This document shows, piece by piece, positions 1 to 12,953 of a DNA stretch of 64,000 nucleotides. Each line of letters opens with the position of its first letter. Positions within the stretch are counted from its first letter, which is position 1. The notes under the pieces are model-generated. The model saw only the letters and a program-made list of their open reading frames with translations. It made no database searches and was not told the origin of the DNA. Both the position numbers and the translations under genes were made by a program. The DNA comes from Magallana gigas (taxonomy: Eukaryota): NCBI RefSeq assembly GCF_963853765.1, contig NC_088854.1:38812001-38876000 (forward strand), given 5' to 3'.

Positions 1-100
1 TGTATTTCTGTTCGAAGTCTAATTTTGCAGAAATATTTGCATTCTATTTACGCAAACTTAAATGGGGCGGAGCTAGCTTCTTATTTTCATATTTGGATGT

Positions 101-180
101 ACACAATATTCTTTTAATACATACATGAACATACACAATATTCCTTTTAATACATACATGGACATACACAATATTCCTTT
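101..180. repeat. Short tandem triplication (about 32-bp unit) in a TBC1D13 intron beside a splice donor
   Basis: catacacaatattccttttaatacatacatg(a/g)a repeated about 2.5 times, ending just before the donor at 190. Confidence 0.7.
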
Positions 181-190
181 CGATACTCAC

Positions 191-888
191 CTGGACGTAT
201 CCCTGGCCTGGGTTGAGTTTGGCGTAGATAAACAGGATCCGCTCCACTACCTCCCAGTGCGCCTCCTGACCGTCCGGTAACAAGGAGTACTCTTCACTAG
301 TCTTCCTCCTGGACGCTATCATCTGGTTAAAAAAAACCAGAGATCCAGAATTGTATGCTTAGAACAGTGTTAAAAATGCATAAAAATACGAACAAAATAG
401 GGGCGCAAAAAAAATGCAAAATTAAAAAATGCAAATCCTCTCTTTCATCATAAACTACAAATTGAAAAATGGTGTTCAATTAACAAATATAGCTGTATCC
501 CCAGTATGATACATGTACCCAGACAGTTTGTATACGTACATTGGACTTGCCGAACCTATCCACCTTGAGTGTCTCTGAGTGAAGGACGCAGTGCTCCACC
601 CTCTTCCTGAGGGTCTCCACCCGCGAGTCGGCGTGAATGATCTCCTTACACGGGTACTCCGTGGCCTTCTGGAAGAAGAATAGGTCTGGACACAGTCGCC
701 TGAAATGGTGATACTTAATAAGTCAGTTGTGAGAAAATTTACCGGAGAGGAGCGGGAAGGGGGTAGTGATGTGTATTTAGTTAAATTTGCGTTTACTTCT
801 TCAGTGCAAACAAAATCTTGATTAAAAATGCCTTTTCGATTCAAAATAATTAAGATAATTATATTAATAAAAAAGATGTACACCCCAC

Positions 889-960
<72 letters not shown>

Positions 961-3900
961 AAATTTCTGAGCAAAAAAACAAACAACATTTATCAAAACA
1001 CCAAGTGATTACATGTACACTGTAGCATGCTCTCGTTCAGAAAAACACATTTTACCACATGAATTATAATTATTAAAGGAAAACTGAAAATACAAAAGAC
1101 TAAATCAGACTAAATTAAAAAGGTGAGAAAATCAAAACAAAAAATGTGTTTTATCTACGGTCCATACCTAAGTATTATTTTTAATTGAAATTCCAATCTA
1201 GCTGATTGATTGATTTCAACGCAGCCAAAGGTTGGCGTTTGCTAATCCCATGTGACCTAACATGGCGGTTTTAACAAGTGATTACTTGTGATGAGAGAAT
1301 TAGTTCCCAGTGATCTAAATATTATCATACCATAAAGCGGAATTGGGAAATCAAATATAATGAATTAACTTTCGCAGTTTACATAAAATTAACCAAAATT
1401 GAGGATGAGATAATCCCTGAGGTATTAACATCATTTATATAATCCCAAACGCATTCAAATTCACTACATTTTCACCCAATTAAGGCAGGGATATTTGATA
1501 TCATGTTTATATCTCTATACAATCTAAACGATGATGGATTAATTCAGGACCAATCTCTCTATATGTCTCATTAATAATTGATCGCTCCCATGAAATAATC
1601 ACAACTCCGAATTTGCGAGGATGCAATTCTTTTTCCAGCGGAAGAGATGATACACATAGGCTTTTCTCCAAGGTCGGTAAGACTAACGTTCAATACATTC
1701 CTTTTTCTCATTATAAATGCAAAGTGTGTGCATGGCATGGACCATTACGTCATAACCAAAGACCTCTACGACAAACTGTTTAACGGGAGCTACAGTGTTG
1801 ATGTCCTGCCGGTCTGCGGGATCGACGACACCATGAATATAACAATTGGCGCGGCCTTACGCGAGGTGATAGACGTCCAGGAAAAGTTTCAAACCCTCAA
1901 GCTGAAACTTTGGGTCCGTCTTAATTGGACAGACTGCAGGCTGGTATGGAACCCGTCGGATTTCAATAACCAGGACCAAATTTACGTTCCGTATCATAAT
2001 ATTTGGACACCAGACATCACTTTGTATGAGGGGATCAGCGAGTTCGGAAGTTTGCCAGGGATGAAGGACTACAGGGCATCAATCTTCTCCGACGGAACAG
2101 TGCAATACAATTTCCCGTCCACTGTTACAACAGCTTGTGCCATTGACGTCACGTACTTTCCTTTTGATCTGCAAAACTGTAAACTGGCTTTCGGTTCCTG
2201 GATCTACTCGGGTAAACACTTGGAAGTCTTTGCATCTTCCTCCTCAGCAGACGTATCTACCTACATCAAGAACAATGAGTGGCATCTCATTTCTATGACG
2301 TCAGAGAAAATCGTTCATTTCTACAATTGCTGCCAGTACCCTTTCTCCGAAATAGCCTTCAACCTCTCCATCCAAAGAGAACCCAAGTTTTACATAATCA
2401 CCATTATCTTCCCCTGCATTCTGGTTACTAGTCTGACCTTCATCGGGTTCTTCCTGCCGCCATCTTGCAGCGAGAAGATTTCGCTACAGATCACTGTACT
2501 GCTGTCTAATTCAGTGTTCCTTCTACTAATCCAGGACCAGCTTCCTCCATCTTCCGAGACGTTCCCTGTCATCGCTTACTTCTTCACCTCTTCCATGCTC
2601 CTGGTATGTTTGGCCTGCATCATGGCGGGAATCGTTCTCTTCGTCTACTACCTGAGACAGTCGGGTAGGGAAGTCCCGCACATCTGTCAAACCATCTTTC
2701 TACGTCATCTGTCCAATGTCTTTTGCATCAGATATGAAGAGTGCATCTCCAAAGACATCAGCGTTGCTGCCGTGTACGGTGAACTCAAGGAAAGACGAAT
2801 GTCCAGTGTGCTTCTGAAGGATGCCATGAGGAATAGAGACTCGTTCATCGCTCGCAAATCTCAGAAGATCAAGCATGAAGACATACCAGAGGAGGGCAGT
2901 AATGCGTCACTTCCTCTGACTAGTAGGAACAACAGTGACAGCAATCCCATTGCCACTGGACAATTACCAAAGAGGGATTCCTACTCCAGTGTTTTTGCTG
3001 ATGATAATGTGCTTAAAGACAAACGGAGGGCAACACCAAATAATCTGGAAACCGTTATTCATGAATGGGTGCACTTAGCACATGTTGTGGATCGTCTGTT
3101 TCTAACTTTTTATTTCATGATCTACCTTACTAATGGAATTATTTTTATATTCTTGTTCAGCAAAAAATCGTGACTCTCTCTCTCTCTCTCTCTTTAATAC
3201 TTTAATACAATATTTGTACTGTCCTATATTGTACATGTTTATATATATTATATTTGTAAAATACCTGGCATATTTACAAAATATATCAAATCAACAATTT
3301 GTAAGCATCAATTTGAACTTTTAGTTTGCTTGTCAAGATTCAATATAGGTGTAGTTACAGCCATGAATAGTTAATAACCCTTGGTCCACTCACCGACAGT
3401 CCTTATCAATCTGTAGCAGCATGTCATTGTCTTTGAAGAAGGCCCCCCAGTTGCTGTCTGGGTTGGGGTTCAATGGCTGAATGAAGAAAAGAAAAAGAGA
3501 ACACAATAATCACACTGCCCGGTCACAACAAAGCATACTGTGCGAAATCATAAATATTTCATAAGGATGAAATTCCATCATCTTTATGATGTGTGTCGAT
3601 TTGTTGTCTGGAATTGAATTCCCCAAAGAATTTTGGGCCATGGATGGCATTATAAACAGTTTAATGATTTAGTCATGTATTTCCTATTAATAGGTGAATC
3701 TTACATGTAGCTGACATCTGAACAACCCCGAAAATATGGCGTAGAAAAATCAATATTTTTTACAACCTCAATTGAATTTCAAAAATGAGGACAGTAAAAC
3801 ACACTTAAGACAAAGTGCCAGGGACAGACGATTCTGTGTCATTACAATCCTAATTTGTTTTATCTGTTAGCTTCACAATATGCTCATTTCACTGTAAGCA

Positions 3901-6900
3901 TCAATTCATTATAATGAGCTTGTTCGCTATAAGCATGTTTGACTGTACAGTGGCATAAAATGCTTGATCTTGGCTATTGTCTAAGATTTACAATCTCAAT
4001 GCATTTCTTTATTAACTTCCTTGCAACTGGTTAATTTTCATGGAAAACTATTAAGAATTCTATCTATAAACGTTTAAGGCCATCTTAAAATGGTAGTATG
4101 TAGTTAATAAGAGTGACTTCATCTACAACAAGTATATTTACTGTTACCACATTACATTTCAGTATATGTATGAATTTTAAGATTATCTGATTAATACAAA
4201 ATGTATATATTGCTACATTTCAGTAGCTAGCATAGTACTGCCAGTCTCGATCATAAGCCAAGTGTTTACTTTGAAAATAAATAACATAAATCTTTAATTT
4301 AGGTAATATATTTAATATATGATTACCGTCACTTCCTTGTTTTACTTTTACACCTACAAGGAAGATTACAGTAAATGTAGAACATATTTAACCTTCCTTA
4401 TATGTCCGAATACTGCACTGTTTGAAATTCTTTATATACATGTATTGACATGGGGATTTATTTAGATAATTTGATCAGACCTAGCAGGTTCATGAGGACA
4501 TATTTCACATATCAAATGTGAAAAAAATTAAATTCAAAATCTGAAAGTTGTAAGACTTTAGTGTATTAAACATGCACTGTGTGCAGTCATTATTTTAAGC
4601 AGATAAATCTGTTGATACAGGTGTGATTGATCTTTGATCCAAAAATTACATTTATTCTGCTGACCCTTTCCCCTGAAATAAAATCATACGATTCCTCAGT
4701 ACATTGTATTTTGATGGAGGAGATGACTCACGTGATCGTCTGCCTGAGACCCAGCAGAAGCTTTCGTCCCGGGCTCCACGATCATCTCATGTACAAAGTG
4801 GGTGTATAAATTCCTACAGAAAATGAAATAAGAATTACTCAAATGAAAAAAAAAATCACAAGATCACTCATATGATTGTAAAGACTAAAAAAGAATGTAA
4901 TTTTACAATAATCTATTGAACAGCATGACCTATATACATGCATGTACTGATAAAGAGCAGATAATTGATCGAATATCAGATCTTTTAAAAATTAATGCAT
5001 TGAAGCGAATATTTCAAGTTAAAAAAAATTAAAAATCTGCAATTCAAAAAATACTTCTATGTTCAATTGCTTATTGATATAAAATTTTGCTTTTTCAGAA
5101 ATATATAATAATTTTTCTAGATATAATTTGTCTGTAACAGAAATGTACTCCATTTTGGCAATTACCATTTACCAAGATGAGGTCAAAATTCATTTAAAGA
5201 AAAAGAATTAATTGTAAAGAGTTGTCATTCTTCACATAGGTTCATTCTCTAACAGTTGTAAACATGTACATAAAAAAGGATTTTTTTAAACATATTAATG
5301 AACAAGAAAAGTATTAATTATAAAACATTTCAGGCATGTAGCATTATTTTCACTTCCATTTATTACATGGTCTAAGAAAAGGGGGGGGGGGCAAATTCCA
5401 TGATAAATTCAATATTTCATATATAAATTTAAAAAAAATGTCTCTTCCAAAAAAAAAACCTGGGGGAGGGGGGGCAGCCCCCACCCCCCTTGACCCCAAT
5501 TATGCTACCTGCCTGCATTTAGGTAACATTATCTTATTTTCTATCACATGATGCAGATAGATCTAGAGAAATAACTATAATCTTCATAAACTACCTGGCC
5601 TTTAGAATATATTCACTTTCATTCCAAACATATCCAATATGTCACAAAAAGATGCCATGGCCGTGTTACCAATTAAAAATATACATATAAACAAAATGCA
5701 GGAGGGGGGGGGGTTTACAAATTTACACTATATATATGCATAGAGTGCTTGATAGGTGTGGCCATTTTTAGAGTAGTTTTTTAATCTCCTTGAGAAAAAG
5801 AGCTCTGTATAGAGATATAGGCAAATGATCAAATTTTAAAGCAAATATACACTGTGTTTGGATTGTTTCTATACTCATATGTTATTTAATGGCAAAAAAA
5901 AACAAATTATGTTAAAGTTTAAGATTTCTTGACACCCAGCCTCCTTAACATTGCAAAAAACACACCTATGGTAAAAATTATCAAAACTTTAGGGTGGTAA
6001 ATCATGCATCCACGTATTTAATACTCATGTGTATTGTTTGACGCTACTGAGAAAAAAACAGTACTTATAACCACCAGCGAGAATAACCATTTTTACAGTA
6101 AATCCCCAAAATTGAAAGAATTAATAATTACATTATATTCCAGTGCTGAAATTCTAAATTACGAAGAAAATTGGCACAAGCTGTAAATATATAACCTAAA
6201 AAAGAGTAAGATGCATGCATTTGTTTTTCATGACATTTTTTTTTTATTTTTTAAAGTAAATACCTTTGCTTTTCTAAAATTTCTTTCCATTGTGACACAT
6301 CTAATGGCAGGTAGTTCAACAAAATCTGAAAAGATAAGATAGAATAACTTAATTATTTTGAAAGAAAAACAATCAAAGATGTGTTCAACAAAATATTTAT
6401 ATTAGTCTATACTCTGTCCACAGTTTTTGCTTCCACCACTTTTTGCTTAATATTTCAATAATAGTAAATACCTTTGTGCTCAAAATACGGTAATCCACTT
6501 ATATGAAAAATGTCAAGATAATCTGTTTTGAAACGCCCCTCTACCGCTTCAGGTTTCAGTACACAACCAAAAATTGAAAGTCTACGGAGATTTTGCATTG
6601 CATCAGCCATTAATAAGCCCGGATGATAACGTTAAAAAATTGCGCGATGTATTCTGAGTGTATTCCGAATGGAGGAAAGATGTAAACATTTCCCATTACA
6701 AATCTCCGTAAGAAAATTGTTTTCGTTCCTGTGAAATTTTATGAGTGAAAAGGGATACTTGTTCAATGAAGATATCTTGGTTATATTCCCTTTCATCAAT
6801 TTCAGTTGTATTTCTTTCACAGATATGTGTATTATTATTAAAAATCATCAAAAATTGACGGAAGCAATAATTTGGGACAGACTATAATCACAATGCATTT

Positions 6901-8860
6901 ACTAGAACACAAACATCACAAAGCAAGCCTTGGAGTGGAACCCACAAAGACAACAAAAGCGTGGAAGGCCAAAGAATACCTGGCGTAGAGTACTAATATT
7001 CAACCTGAAGAAAATTGGTAAAATCTTGAGAGACAATTAAACTGTTGTGAAAGACAGAGAGACAGAAGGAGAGGAAAAGCCACTGTAGCTGCCCTACATC
7101 CTCCATGGGACTCATTGGAGTAAGTTGATACAGCACATATACTACATGTAGCTAGTACGTACATGATTGTTAAATGATGGAGAGGAGTTAACCTTGAATT
7201 CCAAAAATCAGACTGCATGACTGCAAAACTCAGCAACAGTATACAGTAACTAAATGAATAGGAGAGTAATGCCTAAACTTCCCATTTAAGGTTTTACTGG
7301 TTTATCATACTGAAAATTGTGCCTCTTGTTCATGTTGATGGGTTGAATATGAATATCAATGGTTACAACATCCCTGGCCTGTGAGTAGTGCATATGGCAT
7401 TTTTATAAAATGTTACTGTGTGAATATGAGAACATAGGGTGTGATTAATATAAATTGTACGGTATGTGCTTGCACAGTGCTGATAATTTTACTCACTTTC
7501 CAACATGTAGATCTGTATCCATGTTCAAATGGACAACCTAGAAAAAAAAACCATTAGGTAAAAGTTTTAGATATGTGCATGGATTGAATGTTCTCTTGAA
7601 ATCAAATTGGTAGGTTACATGCACTTTCATTATATATATTTCAGTTTTTAGTAACTGCGAACTTAACTATTTCAATGAACTATATAATTTGTTCTACACT
7701 GTGGTTTCATTAATTTTCACGGGTATCAATTTTCGTGGATTTTTCGGAAAACCACAGTTTCAAGGATACGTAATTTCATGGCCAATGATCCTATCCATAC
7801 AAAATGTTAGTTGAAATTGAACTTCAATGAACATTTAATTTCGTGGATCAACTTAACAACGAAATCCACAAAAATTGGTATTCAACGATTTATTTTGCAA
7901 CTATCAGTTATATCAGGGATGTACAATGCATATACTAATGTCCTTATGGTTGCATTGACCAAATAAATGTAACCTTATAAACAAAAGCTATAGTTACTGT
8001 CTGATGTTCATGCGATGTCAACAAAACTATGCTTTAATTGGCACCATAGGTTCATTTCAAAACAGTTGAAACCAGTTTCTTTGAATCCATTGGGCTTATT
8101 AAGTTGAACACAGGAACTTGATCTTAAAGGGCCCGCAGGCCTGGTCCTTTATTGGTCGATCTTTAACGGAGTAATATGGTTTGTAATTTTATATGTCAAT
8201 AATAATTTAAAAACCTTTCCTTATAGATTCTTCATCTACACTATGATAGGGGACAGAGAGGAGAAAGTATTTGCCCATGCAAAGAAAAGGTCCATGGCTT
8301 GACCCATTCTTTAGATCATTTCATCTGGTCTTCATGCTTAGTTTTTTAAAATCCATGTATTCTTCTTTGTGATATATGTATGCAGCTATCTTCCTATGTT
8401 AAATGATCATTTTATGCCTAAGATACATCTTGTTTGCATGAATTTAACAGTTTAAAAGACCTCTACATGCATTGATCAGTGTACATGTACGTTGATGTTT
8501 CATGCTCAAGAAACTGTGAAACGTGTTCCATTGTTAGAGCATACGACGCATAATTATACTAATTATGCATGAAAATATTCTGTCGAAGTAAAATTTGTTG
8601 TCAACATTTTTAAACGACGTATTGAATAGATTTAAAACCAATTAAAAAATAGTCCATGCATGACACGTCTTACCGTTGAAACATAACTTCCTCAAAGTTT
8701 TTAGGTCTATTCTTTCATTATTCAGCGTATCTTCAAAAGCTTTTAATCTGAAACATTGAATAAATAAGTAAGTTAGCATTACAAAATCAAGAAAACACGA
8801 ATTAATAAAATAAAAATGGGGCGTAAAAATGTCAACAAACCTGGCCTTGTAGGCGGCCAT
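191..8860 (-). CDS. TBC1D13: TBC1 domain family member 13 (Rab GAP), 5' eight coding exons; gene continues off the left edge
   Basis: Phase-consistent GT-AG exons: 8860-8841 (MAAYKAR), 8747-8674 (LKAFEDTLNNERIDLKTLRKLCFNG), 7537-7497 (CPFEHGYRSTCWK), 6325-6264 (ILLNYLPLDVSQWKEILEKQR), 4813-4732 (NLYTHFVHEMIVEPG...DDH), 3476-3394 (PLNPNPDSNWGAFFKDNDMLLQIDKDCR), 699-540 (RLCPDLFFFQKATEYPC...ETLRKRVEH), 322-191 (EEYSLLPDGQEAHWEVVERILFIYAKLNPGQGYVQ). These motifs match what I know of vertebrate TBC1D13. Confidence 0.93.
891..958. repeat. (CT)n microsatellite
   Basis: Pure CT dinucleotide run; it produces the spurious ERERER/SLSLSL ORFs in the track. Confidence 0.95.
1647..3173 (+). CDS. Intronless nicotinic acetylcholine receptor alpha-type subunit (alpha9/alpha10-like), 508 aa
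   Basis: Single ORF with signal peptide, loop A WTPDITLYE, Cys-loop CAIDVTYFPFDLQNC, loop B FGSWIY, loop C vicinal cysteines FYNCCQYPF, M1-M3 (M2 EKISLQITVLLSNSVFLLLIQDQLP), long M3-M4 loop and M4 after VVDRLFL. Confidence 0.95.
   Translation: MIHIGFSPRSVRLTFNTFLFLIINAKCVHGMDHYVITKDLYDKLFNGSYSVDVLPVCGIDDTMNITIGAALREVIDVQEKFQTLKLKLWVRLNWTDCRLVWNPSDFNNQDQIYVPYHNIWTPDITLYEGISEFGSLPGMKDYRASIFSDGTVQYNFPSTVTTACAIDVTYFPFDLQNCKLAFGSWIYSGKHLEVFASSSSADVSTYIKNNEWHLISMTSEKIVHFYNCCQYPFSEIAFNLSIQREPKFYIITIIFPCILVTSLTFIGFFLPPSCSEKISLQITVLLSNSVFLLLIQDQLPPSSETFPVIAYFFTSSMLLVCLACIMAGIVLFVYYLRQSGREVPHICQTIFLRHLSNVFCIRYEECISKDISVAAVYGELKERRMSSVLLKDAMRNRDSFIARKSQKIKHEDIPEEGSNASLPLTSRNNSDSNPIATGQLPKRDSYSSVFADDNVLKDKRRATPNNLETVIHEWVHLAHVVDRLFLTFYFMIYLTNGIIFIFLFSKKS
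5331..5515. mobile_element. 185-bp MITE with 14-bp TIRs and apparent 5-bp TSD
   Basis: TIRs caggcatgtagcat / atgctacctgcctg (1 mismatch); cattt on both flanks (5326-5330 and 5516-5520); internal poly-G tracts. Confidence 0.7.
6410..6884 (-). mobile_element. Approximately 470-bp TA-flanked MITE, family 1 (Tc1/mariner-type ends)
   Basis: Ends tactctgtcc... / ...gggacagacta flanked by TA; near reverse complement of the copy at 52477-52952. Confidence 0.85.
6888..7125 (+). mobile_element. Degenerate 3' fragment of an RTE-clade LINE
   Basis: Translates as NITKQALEWNPQRQQKRGRPKNTWRR followed by stops; matches the characteristic C-terminal motif of RTE ORFs (ALxWNPxGKRKRGRPKxTWRR). Confidence 0.75.
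7697..7893. mobile_element. Approximately 200-bp MITE, family 2 (ctgtggtttcatt...-type ends)
   Basis: Reverse complement of 32149-32358; related ends at 19507-19729. Confidence 0.7.
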
Positions 8861-9074
8861 GTTTGTTTATCATCACTGCGCAGATGCAGAGAGGCTATCT
8901 AACACGTGCTTTTCTTAAAATAGCCACGGAAGTTGTAGCCTAAAATTCCGTACTTGTAAATGTATTGATTATATATTTGCTATTGAAATCGTTTATTTCT
9001 TTTTAAATTAATTCAATTATTATTATTTTTCTGATTAATGTAGTCAATTTTAACAAGCCTAACGTTACAGTACA

Positions 9075-9223
9075 NNNNNNNNNNNNNNNNNNNNNNNNNN
9101 NNNNNNNNNNNNNNNNNNNNNNNNNNNNNNNNNNNNNNNNNNNNNNNNNNNNNNNNNNNNNNNNNNNNNNNNNNNNNNNNNNNNNNNNNNNNNNNNNNNN
9201 NNNNNNNNNNNNNNNNNNNNNNN
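9075..9223. other. Assembly gap (149 N) just upstream of TBC1D13
   Basis: Run of N. Confidence 1.
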
Positions 9224-11831
9224 GTGGGGATATATTTAATTCAATTTTATATAAAAGTATCAGAAACTATTGTTGTAACTACATACGAATGCAGATCTGA
9301 TTTATATATGATAATCAATGATAAAAATAAAGTTGTAAAAATTAAAAATATGAAAATATTCGCAAAATATTGCATAAACATGTTTACAAAAAGAAATAGT
9401 CAGTACCCCATACTCCCTTTTAACTAGGATAAACATGTATACATACATAAATATTGTAGTTTGTTTGTTTTTAATTAGCCGCCAGCCGTCTCTGATAATT
9501 AATATACACGTATTTGCTATAAATAAATACGTTGCTGGACATATCTGCAAAATCATTCTAAGACATTTCCACAATTAGAATCTTTTTTTAATGACAGACA
9601 CGTCCCAAATATCGGGTTTAATTTTTTAAAGTGTGTGTGTGTGGGGAGGGGGGATGGGGACTTTACCAATAAAATTTGACAAAAACAAAATCCCTGTTTA
9701 AATACTTGAAATTTCTACATCACAGGAGTGGGTTGCAGAGAGGAGCAGTGTCTTTTTTCAGTACATATCAAAACTTCCTCAGAGAAAGTTTAGAGTTCTC
9801 TTAACTTTTTTTTTTTTTGGAAATTCTGTGTATATGCGAACTGCATGCCCCCCCCCCCCCTCACCCCTTTTGTTACATGCACATATACCTACATTGTATA
9901 CTACATAATTAGCCTTCCAAGAACATTAATACCCAAATCCAACCTAATCCAACCTCCCATCCGCTATGTTTTATATTTTGTTATCCTCTTGCGGGGTTTG
10001 TTGGGGCTCATAATTTTTTTTCTTTTTTATTCATATGGTTAGGGTATTAACTTATTTATTAATCTATTTATTTATTTTTATTATTTATTATTTTTTATTA
10101 TTATTATTTTTATTTACTTTTTTTTTTTTTTTTTGGTCTTTTGGTGTTTTTTTCGCATTGAGATCATGCAGATCTTACCTGTTTATATATGAACAAGTGT
10201 CAACATCTAATCATCTAAACCCGACGCTTGCACTAAATGTTTATACAGCTCTGTACTGTTTAATATATCAATAGGGGATTTTTGCGGACAGACCTAAATT
10301 CCGAAACACGAACACGAAAACTAATTCATTTTATAATAAACAATGTTATCAATGAATTTAACACGCACAAAATCTTACCCTATATACATAGACTAGCATT
10401 AACACTGTCCAGTAACGTTAGAATGTTGAGTCGGGTCGTTCGCTCGGGCGCAATGTTATCAGTTTTAAAGGATTATGGGGGGATTTTCTTGCTTTTGAGC
10501 GTCCTCAAAATTATATTTGACCTTCACCTAATATCGAATGATACAATTTTCTTAATGTATATGTATCATTCTATTTTATTTACTTACATGCCTTATGCGT
10601 ATAACAATTATAGGATAGTTTATGGAATCAAAAAAATATATACAATTGATACAGTATACTGCAATCAATGTAATTGTTTGTAACCCTAAAGCCTACACCC
10701 TTTTCATTGAAAAAAAAGTATTTATACAGTATGGTATTACAAGATGAATTTGTAAAAATATTTTTTTATCCAGTTGTTTTTTTTTCTTTTTCCCAAATGT
10801 GTTGTTAGCTTAAATTTGATTACTAATTTGCATTAGTTTAAGTCATGAGGTTTGTCTTTTCTCAAAAAAATTACTATAAATATTAGCATCTCAAATCCAA
10901 CAAGTTCTTCCTATTTTCTTCGAGAAAAAAACATTCAATAGTTTGTTGGATTGTAACAATTGTACTGTGAATAATTTTTCAACAGTACTTATAAGGCGGG
11001 TCATATGTTTGGTGACGTCACTAGATACAATGTGTGTTTATCAGAAGAAATTTGCATGGTCATCTACATGTACATGTATATTTGACCCCGATTAACCTCG
11101 AATGATCACCCCAGTAAAAACAGTTACATATATACATGGGCTTTAAATAACGAATTTTAGGTAGGCTAAGTCGGTGGAGATAATTTGATATTCACAAATT
11201 AATCAAAAGTGACAACAATCTTCCCATATGAACTCATTTCTCTAAAATAAAGTATCAAAAGGGTAGATCTGTGACCGTTAAAGAAACGTGAGGTTTTATT
11301 CCTGCAAATAGATCAGTTTAAATTTGTAGTTCTAACGACGTCAAAATCAAGTTCAAAAAAGATGTACACAAATCTATAGTGCCCTTGCACGGAGAGTAAA
11401 ATCAATCGTTGGAAATTCTACAATTTCAGTATAATCTTACCAAATTTACAACGCATTCATTTTAACGTTGCTACATGTACAAGTATATAGAATTAAAATC
11501 CTAAATAATAATTTCTGATCGTTTAATTTTTTTTATATTGGCAAGGCTGTTGTGTCCCTCAACTCTTATATGCATGTAGAAATCCCAAATTGTGAATATT
11601 TTCAAATAAACGCTCAAGAAATAATATTAAATGCAAAGATATTTTGTTTGTATTGAGAACAAACGCGTAAACGAAAAGAAAAAAATAACATAAGATCAAC
11701 AATATTGCAATAGATTTGCGCAGCAACACAGTTTGGTTTGAGCTGAGCAACTAACAGTGCACCAACCTTGCAATTTACATCGGTCTATTATCCATTATAA
11801 ATTAGTACATCATCTTAGCTTGTGATATTAT

Positions 11832-12204
11832 ATAAATAGTGCCTGTTTGAGAGGGCAACTGTTGAAATTGACACCCCGAGACAACCATTGTCAACCGATG
11901 TGAAGCGGAGGTTGACAATGGTTGTCTAGGGGTGTCAATATCAACATGCAGTTACCCTCCAAAACATGTACAGGCAGTATTTATTTTATTATACTGAATG
12001 TCTTAATTTTGAAGAAACATTTTACTGCTTTTATACAGAAATGAAGTGAATTCTACGGCGAACCGTACGCGCATAATTTACGCGCATGTAACAATTCGTT
12101 GTGTTACCCGTTGCCAAGTGTGTTGCTAACGCTGAGGGTAATAGAACGGATTACCAACTGCGTCTAAACCAATAAGATTTCAGTATCTAACATGAAAGTA
12201 TAAT
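11832..12204. mobile_element. Non-autonomous repeat with a long terminal hairpin (about 65-bp arms, 11832-11984)
   Basis: ataaatagtgcctgtt...gacaccccgagacaaccattgtcaacc / ggttgacaatggttgtctaggggtgtc...acaggcagtatttat form an imperfect palindrome. Family assignment is uncertain. Confidence 0.6.
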
Positions 12205-12953
12205 AAATAGCAAATATTTTGAGTGGTCGCAAAGAAACATGCTTACCAATTACATAAACGTCCAAGTTTAAATGGAAATCTGCTGTAAAATTAATCGATG
12301 TAGCAAATAATTTTTTTTTATGATTTTTAAAAGATGATTCGTTGCCATAACAGTGCAAATGAATTCCAAATTGGTGCGTCTTTAGAGTTTTTGATCTTTA
12401 CTTCTCTGCTAATTAATAAATTTATTATGCAAATGCAAAATGAAAAATCTTTCTGCTTTACCAATAGAATTGGTAGGTTTCACTTGGTACATTCGAGTAC
12501 TTTAATTTTTCAAATGACCGATCGCTAATAATGAAAAAAGCAACATCGCATTTTTGTACATCATCCCGAAAGTTTCAAACTGTTTAAATCGACTAAATTA
12601 TCTTGCATTTTATGATTCTGAAGTTGGCCATCGCATGCATCCCTTGACCAAACACCAAGCTAACGATGCAATAGCTACTGTAAAGGCGTGTGCCTACCAT
12701 TAGGGCACTGAAGCAATCACGAACTCCGATTTGTGAGTCGACGTCGTAAGCCCTTGCCTATATCTAATTTACCAAATTCCTCTCCAAAACTTCGTTGCTG
12801 GTCCGTTTTATTAAAACTTTAATGTCTTGTACAGCAAACAAAGTTCAGCGCAACAAGCTCTAATCGGTGCGTCTATTTAAATAGTTTAGTTTGAAAAGAA
12901 CCTGTGTTAGTTTTGATTTTGTGTTCCTTGAAGGTAGTGGGATTTTATCATTG

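Noticed and set aside
476-1025. ORFs 476-982 (-) and 828-1025 (+)
   Set aside because: They are read-throughs of the (CT)n microsatellite; the real coding content is the TBC1D13 exon 699-540 in a different frame.
5590-5640. Possible extra TBC1D13 exon (IGYVWNESEYILKAR)
   Set aside because: Flanking exons 6325-6264 and 4813-4732 already join in phase and match the family sequence; there is no clear acceptor or homology.
6632-6820. Recurrent similar ORFs (6632-6820, 44530-44823, 52541-52729) suggesting a small gene family
   Set aside because: All are the same internal segment of family-1 MITE copies, with inconsistent frames and no transposase motifs.
9224-12530. Short ORFs between TBC1D13 and copy A
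   Set aside because: AT-rich, low-complexity or repeat-derived, with no recognisable motifs or coherent splice structure.
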